Source: an uncultured Candidatus Saccharibacteria bacterium
GTDB taxonomy: Bacteria > Patescibacteriota > Minisyncoccia > Phycocordibacterales > PALSA-1337
Direction: 5' to 3'
Length of the DNA: 64,000 nucleotides
Assembly: GCA_964495685.1 (NCBI GenBank)
Contig: CAZBVQ010000001.1
Coordinates: forward strand, 169,521-233,520
The notes below the pieces were generated by a model. It was not told the origin of the DNA. It made no database searches and saw nothing but the letters and a program-made list of their open reading frames with translations. The position numbers were made by a program, and so were the translations under genes. Below, piece by piece: positions 38,019 to 47,479 of the stretch (position 1 is its first letter; every line of letters begins with the position of its first letter).

Positions 38019-39866
38019 ATGAGTGTACCTGCACGAATACAACGAGCAGTGGTCATGACCGCAGTTGCCGTTTTTGGGACGGCTGTGGTTGCTTTTGCTA
38101 TCTTGGTTTTTGTCCGCCTTGTCGCACACGATACTCGTCCAGCAGAAGCGGCCAGTGTTATTTATTATCCCAACTTTTGTTTGGGTGGATGGAAGTATCC
38201 ACAGCACGCGAGTGGTCCTGCTGCGACAGTGGGGGATTACAGTGCCGATCAATTCACGGCGACCAATTCGGCATATCTAGAATCATCGACCGCGTCACAG
38301 TTGTTCTGTGGCTATTTTTCGGTGAAGAATACCAAGAATCCTCCGACCAAAGCTACGGTCACATTCAATTGGGCGTTCAAGTGGCCCGGTGATACAAACC
38401 AGAGTGAACATCCTGAGTCATACACGAGTACGAGCACCAATCCGAGTGGTATATCTCCTGCCACAGGATTTATTCAGGCCACGAGTACCTCGTCGACCAA
38501 TCCAAACAACACGGGGGCATCTTCGAACAGGGGAACGGGTCTCAGCAACACTGCCGCGGTCGGTAATGCTCTTGATTCTCAACATAATACGGCTGTAGCA
38601 TCATCCAGTCCATCTTCTGTGCCGTCTACGTCGTCAGTACCATCGACGACGACCGAATTGCCATTTGTTCCGGGTTCGACGAGTGTGACGCGTACGGAAT
38701 CTTCGACCAATCCTCCCGCTAGCTCTCCAGCTGATCCTGGTACCCCTACGAACCAACCAAACACCTCGGCAGGGGATACATCGTCGAGTTCTTCAGGTGG
38801 TAACACGATACCTTCGAACCCTACAGATGGATCAAATACCTCGAGTTCTGCAACACTCCCATCTACGCCAACTCCAGATCCGGCACCTACTCCGGCGTCG
38901 ACACCTGCACCAACCTCTGTGCCTGTATTAGATCCTGCCCCAGCACCGACACCAGCTCCAGAAGCTCCACAATCTCGTTCAGTAGGCGCATTCATCGCCT
39001 CTCTGATCGCTGAGCAGGTCCATGCCGAAGAGATTGATGCTGAAGTAGGTGCTACACAAACAGCTTCGTTCACAGATTTTCTAGAGGTGAGTTATAGCCT
39101 GGACGGTATTCGCTGGACTTCCGTTGGCCGTGTCAACAAAGACAATTGGAAGGGGTATTCAGTAGAGATTCCTGTATCTTCATGGGATGAGGTCAAGCGT
39201 CTCCAGATTATGGTGTCGGTGTTGCCGACTATCGATGAGAAACCAGATATCTATCTCGATAGCATATCGATGCGTGCGGAATACAACCGCACTGTCTCCG
39301 AGCTTGCCGCTGATGGCCTGACTGCGGTTTCCAATGCTGTTGATACACTGATCGGTGATGGCAACGGCGCTACCAATGAGTTTGATATTATTGCCGATGC
39401 ACCTCGTCGACCGCAACCAACTGAGATTCGTGAGCGCAAGCTCAAATTCCCATCAGTCGGTTCGGTCATTCGAATTACGCATGATGTATTCGATGATGAG
39501 GGTAGAGTGGCGGGCAAGGTCGCTTCCAAGAAAATAAGTGTCGATACAGCCAACGCCGGCAACTCAATGATTGTTTCTGGTCCATGTGCCAAGAAATATT
39601 TCGTGGTACTCACGTATCGTGGCAAGGATGATTATGTGAAACATCGCAGTTCCTATGTTGCCAACCAGGCACACGAATGCAAAAATGGTAGCTTCACGTT
39701 TGATCTGGCTTCACTTTCACCTGAGACACGCGATGGGGCACAGTATCTCGTCGTCGGTGAGCAGGGTGAAGAGGGAACGTGGGATGTGGTGAGCGATGTG
39801 TTCCCAGTCACGATCGAAGCCACTACGACCGTTCGGACGATTTATCAGGACAGTACAACACAGTAA
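38019..39866 (+). CDS. Large membrane-anchored surface protein with Ser/Thr/Pro-rich linker (ORF opens at 37959)
   Basis: N-terminal TM helix, central low-complexity S/T/P region with PAPTP repeats, and a C-terminal globular domain of unknown function. Confidence 0.6.
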   Translation: MSVPARIQRAVVMTAVAVFGTAVVAFAILVFVRLVAHDTRPAEAASVIYYPNFCLGGWKYPQHASGPAATVGDYSADQFTATNSAYLESSTASQLFCGYFSVKNTKNPPTKATVTFNWAFKWPGDTNQSEHPESYTSTSTNPSGISPATGFIQATSTSSTNPNNTGASSNRGTGLSNTAAVGNALDSQHNTAVASSSPSSVPSTSSVPSTTTELPFVPGSTSVTRTESSTNPPASSPADPGTPTNQPNTSAGDTSSSSSGGNTIPSNPTDGSNTSSSATLPSTPTPDPAPTPASTPAPTSVPVLDPAPAPTPAPEAPQSRSVGAFIASLIAEQVHAEEIDAEVGATQTASFTDFLEVSYSLDGIRWTSVGRVNKDNWKGYSVEIPVSSWDEVKRLQIMVSVLPTIDEKPDIYLDSISMRAEYNRTVSELAADGLTAVSNAVDTLIGDGNGATNEFDIIADAPRRPQPTEIRERKLKFPSVGSVIRITHDVFDDEGRVAGKVASKKISVDTANAGNSMIVSGPCAKKYFVVLTYRGKDDYVKHRSSYVANQAHECKNGSFTFDLASLSPETRDGAQYLVVGEQGEEGTWDVVSDVFPVTIEATTTVRTIYQDSTTQ

Positions 39867-39878
39867 TTCAGTATTCTT

Positions 39879-40505
39879 ATGAACATTACAGCCAAACATA
39901 TCCAGCGCTCGAACATTGTGGTCACGTTTGCACCGGGGAGTATTACTCTACCTGAAGCTTCGCAGATTTTCAGTCTCTACAATGCAGAGCAAACCAAAGG
40001 TGCAACATTCTCAGACACACCCTCGATGATGACACGCGTCTTCGAATTTCCTGTTGTCGGACTGCAGTGGGTGTTCGAGCCGACCAAGATCCGTCTCGAA
40101 GACAAGATGAATCGTCCGCCGCGAGACTCCAGGCTTGCGTATGAGCTGCGTCGTCTACTCGCTACGTTGTACCCAGATCGGACACCTCAGGCATACGGAT
40201 TCAACTATGATATGATTTATCGTATCGACGCCGCTATTCCGATCAAAGAAATTATGGGTGCCTTCGTCAAGTCGTCGACCTTGGAAGATGTCAAAGAGTT
40301 TGGCTGGCAATACACTGTAGTCAAAGAAAAAGGCAAACGTGCCGAAACATATTTTTTCAAGATGGTTTCGCCCATCGAATATGGTGTGCATGCCAATTTC
40401 CATTACAACGAGTCGATCTTGCCTAAAGCGGATGATTTGCAGGCAGCATTCGAACGCAAATATGCCGATGCCGACGAAAGTGTAGCTAGTATTTCACTGA
40501 CATGA
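39879..40505 (+). CDS. Hypothetical protein
   Basis: 208 aa with no TM and no motifs. Confidence 0.5.
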   Translation: MNITAKHIQRSNIVVTFAPGSITLPEASQIFSLYNAEQTKGATFSDTPSMMTRVFEFPVVGLQWVFEPTKIRLEDKMNRPPRDSRLAYELRRLLATLYPDRTPQAYGFNYDMIYRIDAAIPIKEIMGAFVKSSTLEDVKEFGWQYTVVKEKGKRAETYFFKMVSPIEYGVHANFHYNESILPKADDLQAAFERKYADADESVASISLT

Positions 40506-40534
40506 CCATGAATCCAACTTTTTCCATTTAACCT

Positions 40535-42205
40535 ATGTCCATCCAAGACGGCAAAGTATTCCTGTATATATCCAAGCGCAAGAACGCTTTTGTTGTCGGC
40601 GTACTCCTTACCATCCAGCTCATCCTTTCGGTTATTCTGTCTATCTCACTTGCGGGCAACCTCATTTGGCCCGAACAAAGCTCAGCTGCAGCAGGATCAC
40701 CCATGAAGATCGCATACGAAGGACGTCTGACGGATAGTTCTGGGAATGCACTCGGTGGTGCAGGCACGGTGTATTGCTATCGTTTCTCGATATATGATGC
40801 CTCGACTGCGGGGAACAAACTCTGGCCGGGAGGCACTCCATCCAATACGACTGCGACGACGACCGACGGAGTCTTCAATGCCGTCATCGGGCAAGCAGAC
40901 ACTCTTTCTTCGACCGTATTCGATTTCTCGACGACATCGACTGCGTATCTCCAAGTTGAAGTCAACACGACGACATCTACGTGTGGTGGATCGTGGGAGG
41001 CACTATTGCCGCGTCAGCAGGTCCTCTCATCAGGATATGCTATGCAATCTGCAAATGTGTACGGCTCCCTCCTTAAGACGGATACCGTCAACAACTGGGT
41101 ACAAGTCGGTGCTGGCGGGCAGGCCAATCCGATCGAGCTCGTCCTCGATGCCAATAATTCCACATCGGATTACGTTGGTCAGACGTGTTCAACCGTCGGT
41201 GCTATGTGGTACAACACGGTCACGACACAGGCGCTCATCTGCGTCAATGGTGTCGTAGAGTCTCTCGGCAATAGCGGTTCGACGACCATCGCTGCAGTCC
41301 AGACCAACAGCAATACACCTATCAGCAATGGTACGGTCGTATTCTCGAACTCCAACGGCGTGACCTTCGGTAACAACGCAGGCACGATCACGGCGAGTGT
41401 CAATGCGGCTGGTGCGGCATTGAGTAGCTATGCCAATGCCCTGTACAAGCTAAACAGCCAGACGCAACAAGGACTCGTCAGTACATTTGTAGTGTTTCCC
41501 TTCGTGTTGAGTGGTAATGTCTCTTTTGACTACTTACGTATTTTGAACAGTGTATCGATAGCTTCAACATCATTTGCGTCGACGGCCAACACGACATATT
41601 CTTACAACCAGGCCATCTCATTTAGAGGGGTACTTTATTCAAAGAATGTAGGTGCTAGCTCTATGTCGCTTGCCTCTGTCAGTACATTCTCGGCCGGCAT
41701 GACTTATAGCCTGAACGCGGCTTATGGCTCTGCAACGAACACGAGCCAGATCCTTACCATGGGTATAACGTATCCGATCTCGACGGGTACTTCATCATTC
41801 ACGACGGTATATAACACCAGCAACCTTTCGACCCAGGCATTGAGTACGACCAACTTTACTCGTCTTACCGGCTTCAAGTTCATGGATTTTCCATTCGCTG
41901 GGTCACTCTCAGCAGGTGACTATTGGCTAGCACTCAACGCATCGACGACCCAGACCACACAAGCAGTGGCTGCACTTTCTGCAGTACGCCTACTCTTCTC
42001 AACTATTGGTATGTCACAGGTAAATAACACTTATGCTTATTTCGGTAACTTTAATACAGGATCAGTACAGGCACAGCGTGGTGTCGGTAGTTTCACCACA
42101 GTGGGTGGTGCGTCGACGGGATCGATGGGCTTCTCCAACATTTCTTCTTCTGCCTCTCACCCAATACCGTACCTCACGTTGCAGATGAGTAACTATGCAC
42201 AGTAG
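40535..42205 (+). CDS. Large membrane-anchored beta-rich surface protein, function unknown
   Basis: N-terminal TM helix followed by about 500 aa rich in S/T/N/G/A. Confidence 0.55.
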   Translation: MSIQDGKVFLYISKRKNAFVVGVLLTIQLILSVILSISLAGNLIWPEQSSAAAGSPMKIAYEGRLTDSSGNALGGAGTVYCYRFSIYDASTAGNKLWPGGTPSNTTATTTDGVFNAVIGQADTLSSTVFDFSTTSTAYLQVEVNTTTSTCGGSWEALLPRQQVLSSGYAMQSANVYGSLLKTDTVNNWVQVGAGGQANPIELVLDANNSTSDYVGQTCSTVGAMWYNTVTTQALICVNGVVESLGNSGSTTIAAVQTNSNTPISNGTVVFSNSNGVTFGNNAGTITASVNAAGAALSSYANALYKLNSQTQQGLVSTFVVFPFVLSGNVSFDYLRILNSVSIASTSFASTANTTYSYNQAISFRGVLYSKNVGASSMSLASVSTFSAGMTYSLNAAYGSATNTSQILTMGITYPISTGTSSFTTVYNTSNLSTQALSTTNFTRLTGFKFMDFPFAGSLSAGDYWLALNASTTQTTQAVAALSAVRLLFSTIGMSQVNNTYAYFGNFNTGSVQAQRGVGSFTTVGGASTGSMGFSNISSSASHPIPYLTLQMSNYAQ

Positions 42206-42935
42206 ATATATGACTATGAAACCACAGATTGTTATCGAGAATTATCAGGGTGCACACAATGCCAATCTTCCTCAGAGTCTGGATCGGCTCGAGAAGGGGA
42301 GGACATACAAAGATTTGTCGACGATCTGTATCGTGCCGACACGTGGTGTCATTCCCGCCAAGGTGGTCCAGAATTGGATGGGCATGATCCCGACCATGAA
42401 CCAGAAGTTCACTCGTATCTTCATGATCGGCATGGAAGTGGGGGAGGCGTACAATAGGGCGATTGAGGTCATACTAGGCAATCCAGAACTATCAAAATGG
42501 AAATACATTCTTACCCTCGAGGAGGACAATTTGCCACCACCAGATGGTCTGATTAAGTTGTATGAGAATATTGAGAATTATGCAGCTCTCGGGGGTCTCT
42601 ATTGGGTCAAAGGTGAAGGCGGTCAACCTATGATTTACGGAGATCCAGCCGAACCAGAGCTCAATTTCCGACCTCAACCCCCTAGGCAAGAGATCCAAGA
42701 GTGCAATGGCCTCGGCATGGGGTTTACTCTCTTCAAAACTGAAGTCTTCAAGGATCCGAAGCTGGAAAAGCCATGGTTCAAGACGTGTAATGAGTGGAGT
42801 CCAGATGGTGGCTCGAGAGTATATACTCAAGACCTCTATTTCTTTGAAAAGATTCGAAAATTGGGATACAAGGTTGCCTGTGATACGCGAGTCAAGGTCG
42901 GACATTATGATGTCGACAATGATGTCGTATGGTAA
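42195..42935 (+). CDS. Putative glycosyltransferase (GT-A fold-like)
   Basis: Acidic EEDN motif and C-terminal TQDLYFFEKIRKLGYKVACDTRVKVGHYD resembling GT2-family C-termini. Moderate certainty. Confidence 0.5.
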   Translation: MHSRYMTMKPQIVIENYQGAHNANLPQSLDRLEKGRTYKDLSTICIVPTRGVIPAKVVQNWMGMIPTMNQKFTRIFMIGMEVGEAYNRAIEVILGNPELSKWKYILTLEEDNLPPPDGLIKLYENIENYAALGGLYWVKGEGGQPMIYGDPAEPELNFRPQPPRQEIQECNGLGMGFTLFKTEVFKDPKLEKPWFKTCNEWSPDGGSRVYTQDLYFFEKIRKLGYKVACDTRVKVGHYDVDNDVVW

Positions 42936-42944
42936 TATATTCCT

Positions 42945-43934
42945 ATGTCTCGCTACCTGGTTATATTTCAAAGTATCGTTCTGGGCGTCCTTATCATCTT
43001 GTTTGTATCGTACAAGTCTCACCAGCGATTAAATACGCCGCCTGCGATTGTGAGTACTATTTCTGCATCGACCTCACCGCTCCGCATGTCCGCATCTCCA
43101 GCAGAATATCCATATTTGAGTCCCGTTATTGTCGCTGATCACGACAGACATTTCATTATCAATTTCAAGCCCTTGCGAGACAAACTGCAGGCGACTATGA
43201 ACGCACAAAAGAACAAAACGTATGTGTATTTCTTGTATCTCAACAACGCCAGTTGGATAGGTCTCAATGAAAAAGACTATTTCACTGCCGCAAGTACTAT
43301 CAAGGTGCCACTTGCCATGTCGATCTTGAAGTTTGCTGAGAAGGGCAGGGTCAAGATGACCGATTCATATACATTGACAGATCTCGATCTCGACCCCGGC
43401 TTTGGTGATTTGTATAAGGTAGGTCCTGATGGTAGCTTCACCCTCGATGAATTTGTGCAGATCATGTTGGAACACTCGGACAACACGTCAATGCGGGCTC
43501 TCTTCACGGTCATGAATATGATAGATATCAAGACGCCACTCGATGATATATACGCGGCTATGGGATGGGAACGTCCCAATAAAGGGGACAATTTGACGTA
43601 CATTGACATCAATCTGAAGACGCTGGCGAACATGTTCGTCTCTCTCTACAACGGCACGTATATCAACATAGACAATTCGAACAAACTCCTTGAGTATCTC
43701 GCACATTCTGACTTCAAAGATCAGATACCTGCTGGTGTGCCAGATAGTGTGAGCGTTGCGCACAAGATCGGCGTCAATGAGCCTAACAATACATACTCCG
43801 ATTGTGGCATTGTGTATGTGCCCGGTCGTCCCTATATTCTCTGTGTCGGCTCGGTAGGTGTACAAAAGAAAGTGGCTGATTCATTCATTTCGAAGATCTC
43901 GCGCACTGTCTATGAATATGTTATAACCAACTAA
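42945..43934 (+). CDS. Membrane-anchored class A beta-lactamase-like serine hydrolase
   Basis: N-terminal TM helix, then STIK (S-x-x-K), SDN (EHSDNTS), and HKIG (KTG-like) motifs in the correct order and spacing. Confidence 0.65.
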   Translation: MSRYLVIFQSIVLGVLIILFVSYKSHQRLNTPPAIVSTISASTSPLRMSASPAEYPYLSPVIVADHDRHFIINFKPLRDKLQATMNAQKNKTYVYFLYLNNASWIGLNEKDYFTAASTIKVPLAMSILKFAEKGRVKMTDSYTLTDLDLDPGFGDLYKVGPDGSFTLDEFVQIMLEHSDNTSMRALFTVMNMIDIKTPLDDIYAAMGWERPNKGDNLTYIDINLKTLANMFVSLYNGTYINIDNSNKLLEYLAHSDFKDQIPAGVPDSVSVAHKIGVNEPNNTYSDCGIVYVPGRPYILCVGSVGVQKKVADSFISKISRTVYEYVITN

Positions 43935-43936
43935 TC

Positions 43937-44479
43937 ATGAGTATATTCGGAAAGTTGGATGATAAGGGTATCAAGCTCGATATTGCCTGTGGCCAGAACA
44001 AGCAACCCGGCTTTGTTGGTATTGATATTGCACCAGGTCCTGGAGTGGATATTGTCTGGGATCTCGAGCAATATCCCTGGCCGATCAAAGACAATAGTGT
44101 CAAAGAGGCGTTCGTCAGCCACTACGCTGAGCACACAAAAGACTTGGTGAAGTTTATGAATGAGGTTTGGCGCATCTGTGAAGATGGTGCCAAACTCACC
44201 ATTCTTGGACCTTACTACACTTCTATTCGTTGTTGGCAAGATCCGACACACACACGTGCTCTCTCGGAAGCGACATGGTTGTATTATCAGAAGGCATGGC
44301 GTGAGGCCAACAGGCTCGATCACTATCCGATCACCTGTGACTACGAAGTGACCAATCTCATTTTGTATTTCAACGAGCCCTGGAATCAAAAGTCAGAAGA
44401 AGCAAAGCAGTTTGCAATCAAGCACTATTTTAATGTGGTCTCGGATATCCTAGTCGAACTGAAGGTAAAGAAGATATAA
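43937..44479 (+). CDS. Class I SAM-dependent methyltransferase
   Basis: Motif I LDIACGQNKQPGFVGIDI and an acidic motif II. Confidence 0.7.
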   Translation: MSIFGKLDDKGIKLDIACGQNKQPGFVGIDIAPGPGVDIVWDLEQYPWPIKDNSVKEAFVSHYAEHTKDLVKFMNEVWRICEDGAKLTILGPYYTSIRCWQDPTHTRALSEATWLYYQKAWREANRLDHYPITCDYEVTNLILYFNEPWNQKSEEAKQFAIKHYFNVVSDILVELKVKKI

Positions 44480-44489
44480 TAGGGTAGTC

Positions 44490-45002
44490 ATGGATTCACG
44501 CATATCCAAACTTCTACGCACCAATACGGCCTTGGTGTTGTTGTGTGTTATTGCGATATGCGCACTCATCTATACGTTGAAGGGGCGAGATGGTGAAGGA
44601 CAGATACCAGTGACACATTCTGTGCCGAAAATAGTACCTATTTCGACGGATTCATCTGAAAATTCTATTCAAGATATCATGGACAAGGTCCCTGAATCCT
44701 CTCCACTCAAACATGCCCCTGCAAAAGAGACGTTTGCTCAGTTTGTGTTTCAAGGACAAGCAACCACGTCAGTTGCACTTGAATGTACCGACATATACGA
44801 CGTTGTCTTGATATATCCCATAAATATCGAATACCGTGCGACACCCGTAGGTTCAGTCTACAACCGTGCCTTTCCGTGCCAGAAGAATACGTCTATGACA
44901 CGTACGATAGATGTGTCGACGGCACCGCTACACGCTAGTACAACTTATTACATCATTCGAGCACATCAGGGGATGCGAGGGACTTGGTATGGACCATACT
45001 AG
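44490..45002 (+). CDS. Hypothetical membrane-anchored secreted protein
   Basis: N-terminal TM, 170 aa. Confidence 0.45.
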   Translation: MDSRISKLLRTNTALVLLCVIAICALIYTLKGRDGEGQIPVTHSVPKIVPISTDSSENSIQDIMDKVPESSPLKHAPAKETFAQFVFQGQATTSVALECTDIYDVVLIYPINIEYRATPVGSVYNRAFPCQKNTSMTRTIDVSTAPLHASTTYYIIRAHQGMRGTWYGPY

Positions 45003-45021
45003 ACACGTACACACGTGTCCC

Positions 45022-45108
45022 CGCACCTCCTCATTCCTTCCTGACAAGCCGAAAATGTAGCCAGCGATCAGCGCTTTGAGGCTTGGAGGGGAGGAATGAG
45101 GACGTGCG
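45022..45108. repeat. 87 nt palindromic intergenic repeat (family B, copy 1)
   Basis: CGCACCTCCTCATTCC...GGAGGAATGAGGACGTGCG with inverted termini. Nearly identical to the copy at 46584..46670. Confidence 0.8.
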
Positions 45109-45164
45109 AGGACGAGCTCCGACAAGTAAACAAATAGAGATAAACGAAGTCTCTGCTATAATAG

Positions 45165-46559
45165 ATGGCAATGAAATCGAGATTGACTCTCGCGGTCGCT
45201 TTTGTCCTGTTGTTTATATGCGCAGGCTCGCTTGGCATGTTTTGGTCCGAGAATGTCGGGGCTGTCGATGCCTCCTCGACAAGCTTTTTTGTTCGTCAAA
45301 ATATCCTGCCCGTGGGCTCCAATAGTTATCCAGGTTCGACTGGTGCGGAACCGTTTTCGACGTCTACATCATTCAAGCTGGTCGGTGCAGGTAGCGAAAC
45401 GGCTGTAGGAACATCCACCTCTTCATCATTTGGTGTCATGGGCGGATTCTTGCGCAGTCTGTACTTCGGTCCAGCGCCACTCTACAATCAGATACATTAT
45501 CATTGGCGCAACGACGATGGCTCAGAGGCGGCGGCTACATCAAAAACAAGTGGTACACCTGATACGGACATTACGTCCTTGGCAAAATCGACCACAGTGC
45601 GTCTGCGCATTGAGATCTCGAATGAAGGCGGTACGAAGCTCGGGTACGCTTCCCAGCAGTTTCGTCTCGAATATGGTCTCAAGTCGACTACGTGCGCGGC
45701 TATAGTCTCGTGGACTGACGTCGGTGCTGCATCTGGAGATTGGGATCCATCGAATTCGAGCAACTTGACTGACGGAAATGACACGACCAATATTGCCGTA
45801 TCTACGGGCGGTGTCGCTGATGAAAATCATACGTTTCTCACCCCGAATGGTGGGGCCAAGGATACGGGTAGTCAGACTGCTGCTGTCAGTGTGACGAGTG
45901 AGCAGTTTATCGAATTGGAATACTCAATTCAGGCCCTATCGGCCGCAACTGATGGGGGAACGTATTGTTTCCGTGTGACGAATGCAGGTGGAGCGACTAC
46001 TCTCTACTCATATACTGCGTATCCACAGGCAACACTCGCATCTTCTGGGGGATACTTATATTTTTCACTCGATGGATCTACAGAGGCCTTCGGTAACATT
46101 ACTCCAGCTGTGCTAGCGGCGACTTCGAGTATTTTGACGGCGAGGACAGACAATTCGACTGGTTTCAATATAACTATTCAGCGAGCAGATTCTACAGGCA
46201 CCATGTCTTCTGGCTCGGTGTATATTCCTGACAAGACTGCATGGGTCCCGGGCGTGAATACGTCATCTGCAGGTAACGCAACAGCTTCGACTACTGAGCC
46301 GCAGACGTTGCAATTTCGTATACGTAATACAGGTACCGATGCGGCCAACTACTCATCTGCATGGTGGGGAACAGACGATACGACAGCCTCTGCCTTGTTC
46401 GCGGGTATCCCATCTACGGCTAGGAATATCGTCGACAGGTCGAGCTCTGCGGTCTCTACTACGACAGCATACGTCTTGTACAACTTGACTGTGCCAGTAA
46501 CTCAGCAAGCGGGCAGTTATTCGGGTAGTATTACCTATACAATTACAGCGAACCCTTGA
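45165..46559 (+). CDS. Secreted Thr/Ser-rich surface protein with C-terminal WxL-like domain
   Basis: Signal peptide. C-terminus AWWGTDD...GSYSGSITYTITANP resembles the WxL-domain C-terminal consensus, and the C-terminal half is paralogous to 46775..47470. Confidence 0.55.
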   Translation: MAMKSRLTLAVAFVLLFICAGSLGMFWSENVGAVDASSTSFFVRQNILPVGSNSYPGSTGAEPFSTSTSFKLVGAGSETAVGTSTSSSFGVMGGFLRSLYFGPAPLYNQIHYHWRNDDGSEAAATSKTSGTPDTDITSLAKSTTVRLRIEISNEGGTKLGYASQQFRLEYGLKSTTCAAIVSWTDVGAASGDWDPSNSSNLTDGNDTTNIAVSTGGVADENHTFLTPNGGAKDTGSQTAAVSVTSEQFIELEYSIQALSAATDGGTYCFRVTNAGGATTLYSYTAYPQATLASSGGYLYFSLDGSTEAFGNITPAVLAATSSILTARTDNSTGFNITIQRADSTGTMSSGSVYIPDKTAWVPGVNTSSAGNATASTTEPQTLQFRIRNTGTDAANYSSAWWGTDDTTASALFAGIPSTARNIVDRSSSAVSTTTAYVLYNLTVPVTQQAGSYSGSITYTITANP

Positions 46560-46583
46560 TGTGGATAACCCGGGGCATACCCC

Positions 46584-46670
46584 CGCACGTCCTCATTCAT
46601 TCCTGACAAGCCGAAAATGTAGCCAGCGATCAGCGCTTTGAGGCTTGGAGGGGAGGAATGAGGACGTGCG
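46584..46670. repeat. 87 nt palindromic intergenic repeat (family B, copy 2)
   Basis: Same orientation as copy 1, and the two copies bracket gene 45165..46559. Flanked by GTGGATAA on both sides. Confidence 0.8.
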
Positions 46671-46774
46671 GGGATACGTGTGGATAAGTGCCTAGGTCTG
46701 TTACGTGATATAATAGAAGAACTGAAATTAGGTTACGTAGTATAATTATTAGTATCGTTTAGTATATCCACATT

Positions 46775-47470
46775 ATGAGGCCAATCACATATACCATGAG
46801 CCAGAAGACGAAAGAGCGTCTTCAGACATTCGGTAGTGCGTTCGTTATCACGGCGATGCTCTTTTACTCAGTCATCTATGCAGTACAGGTGCATGCCAAC
46901 GCGGTGAGTTTGACTGCTACGATTCAGACAGCTATCACATTCACGACATCATCGAATGTATTCGGTAACGTGACTCCGGGTACTATCTCGTGGGCAACGA
47001 CTACACTTGATGTGGCCACCAACGATACCAATGGCTGGCTCGTCACTCTCTCTGGTGACAACAAGACGTCAGTCAATAATAACTTACAGACTGCTGGCAA
47101 CACGGCCTCTATCACTGATCAGACAGAGTGGGTACCTGGTGCCGCTACGACGACTACTGGCAATGCCGTCGTTCGTGCCTCGCTTGCCAACTCAGGCAAC
47201 GTGCTCGCGTTCCGAGTCATGACAGCCTCGAGTAGCAACGGCACTCCGTTTACGGCAAGTAGCTGGTGGGGAACTACTGACGCAGATGGTACGGCGAAAT
47301 GGGCAGGTATTGCCAGCTCGACAGTCGCACGTACTATCGGCAACGCAGGTACTGGTTCTTATAGCGCAAGCAACCACTTGAATACAGTCCAATACTACTT
47401 GCTCGTATCGGCCACGCAGGCATCAGGTGCATATACTGCTCCCTTGACATATACTGCTACGGCGAACTAA
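46775..47470 (+). CDS. Small secreted WxL-like domain protein (paralog of 45165..46559 C-terminal half)
   Basis: SSWWGTTD...GAYTAPLTYTATAN C-terminus and an N-terminal signal peptide. Confidence 0.55.
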   Translation: MRPITYTMSQKTKERLQTFGSAFVITAMLFYSVIYAVQVHANAVSLTATIQTAITFTTSSNVFGNVTPGTISWATTTLDVATNDTNGWLVTLSGDNKTSVNNNLQTAGNTASITDQTEWVPGAATTTTGNAVVRASLANSGNVLAFRVMTASSSNGTPFTASSWWGTTDADGTAKWAGIASSTVARTIGNAGTGSYSASNHLNTVQYYLLVSATQASGAYTAPLTYTATAN

Positions 47471-47479
47471 ACTCCCCTT

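Noticed and set aside
38700-38990. Repetitive CCAGCACC/ACACCAGC stretches
   Set aside because: This is a low-complexity Pro/Thr/Ala/Ser linker coding region of the 38019..39866 surface protein, not a non-coding tandem repeat.
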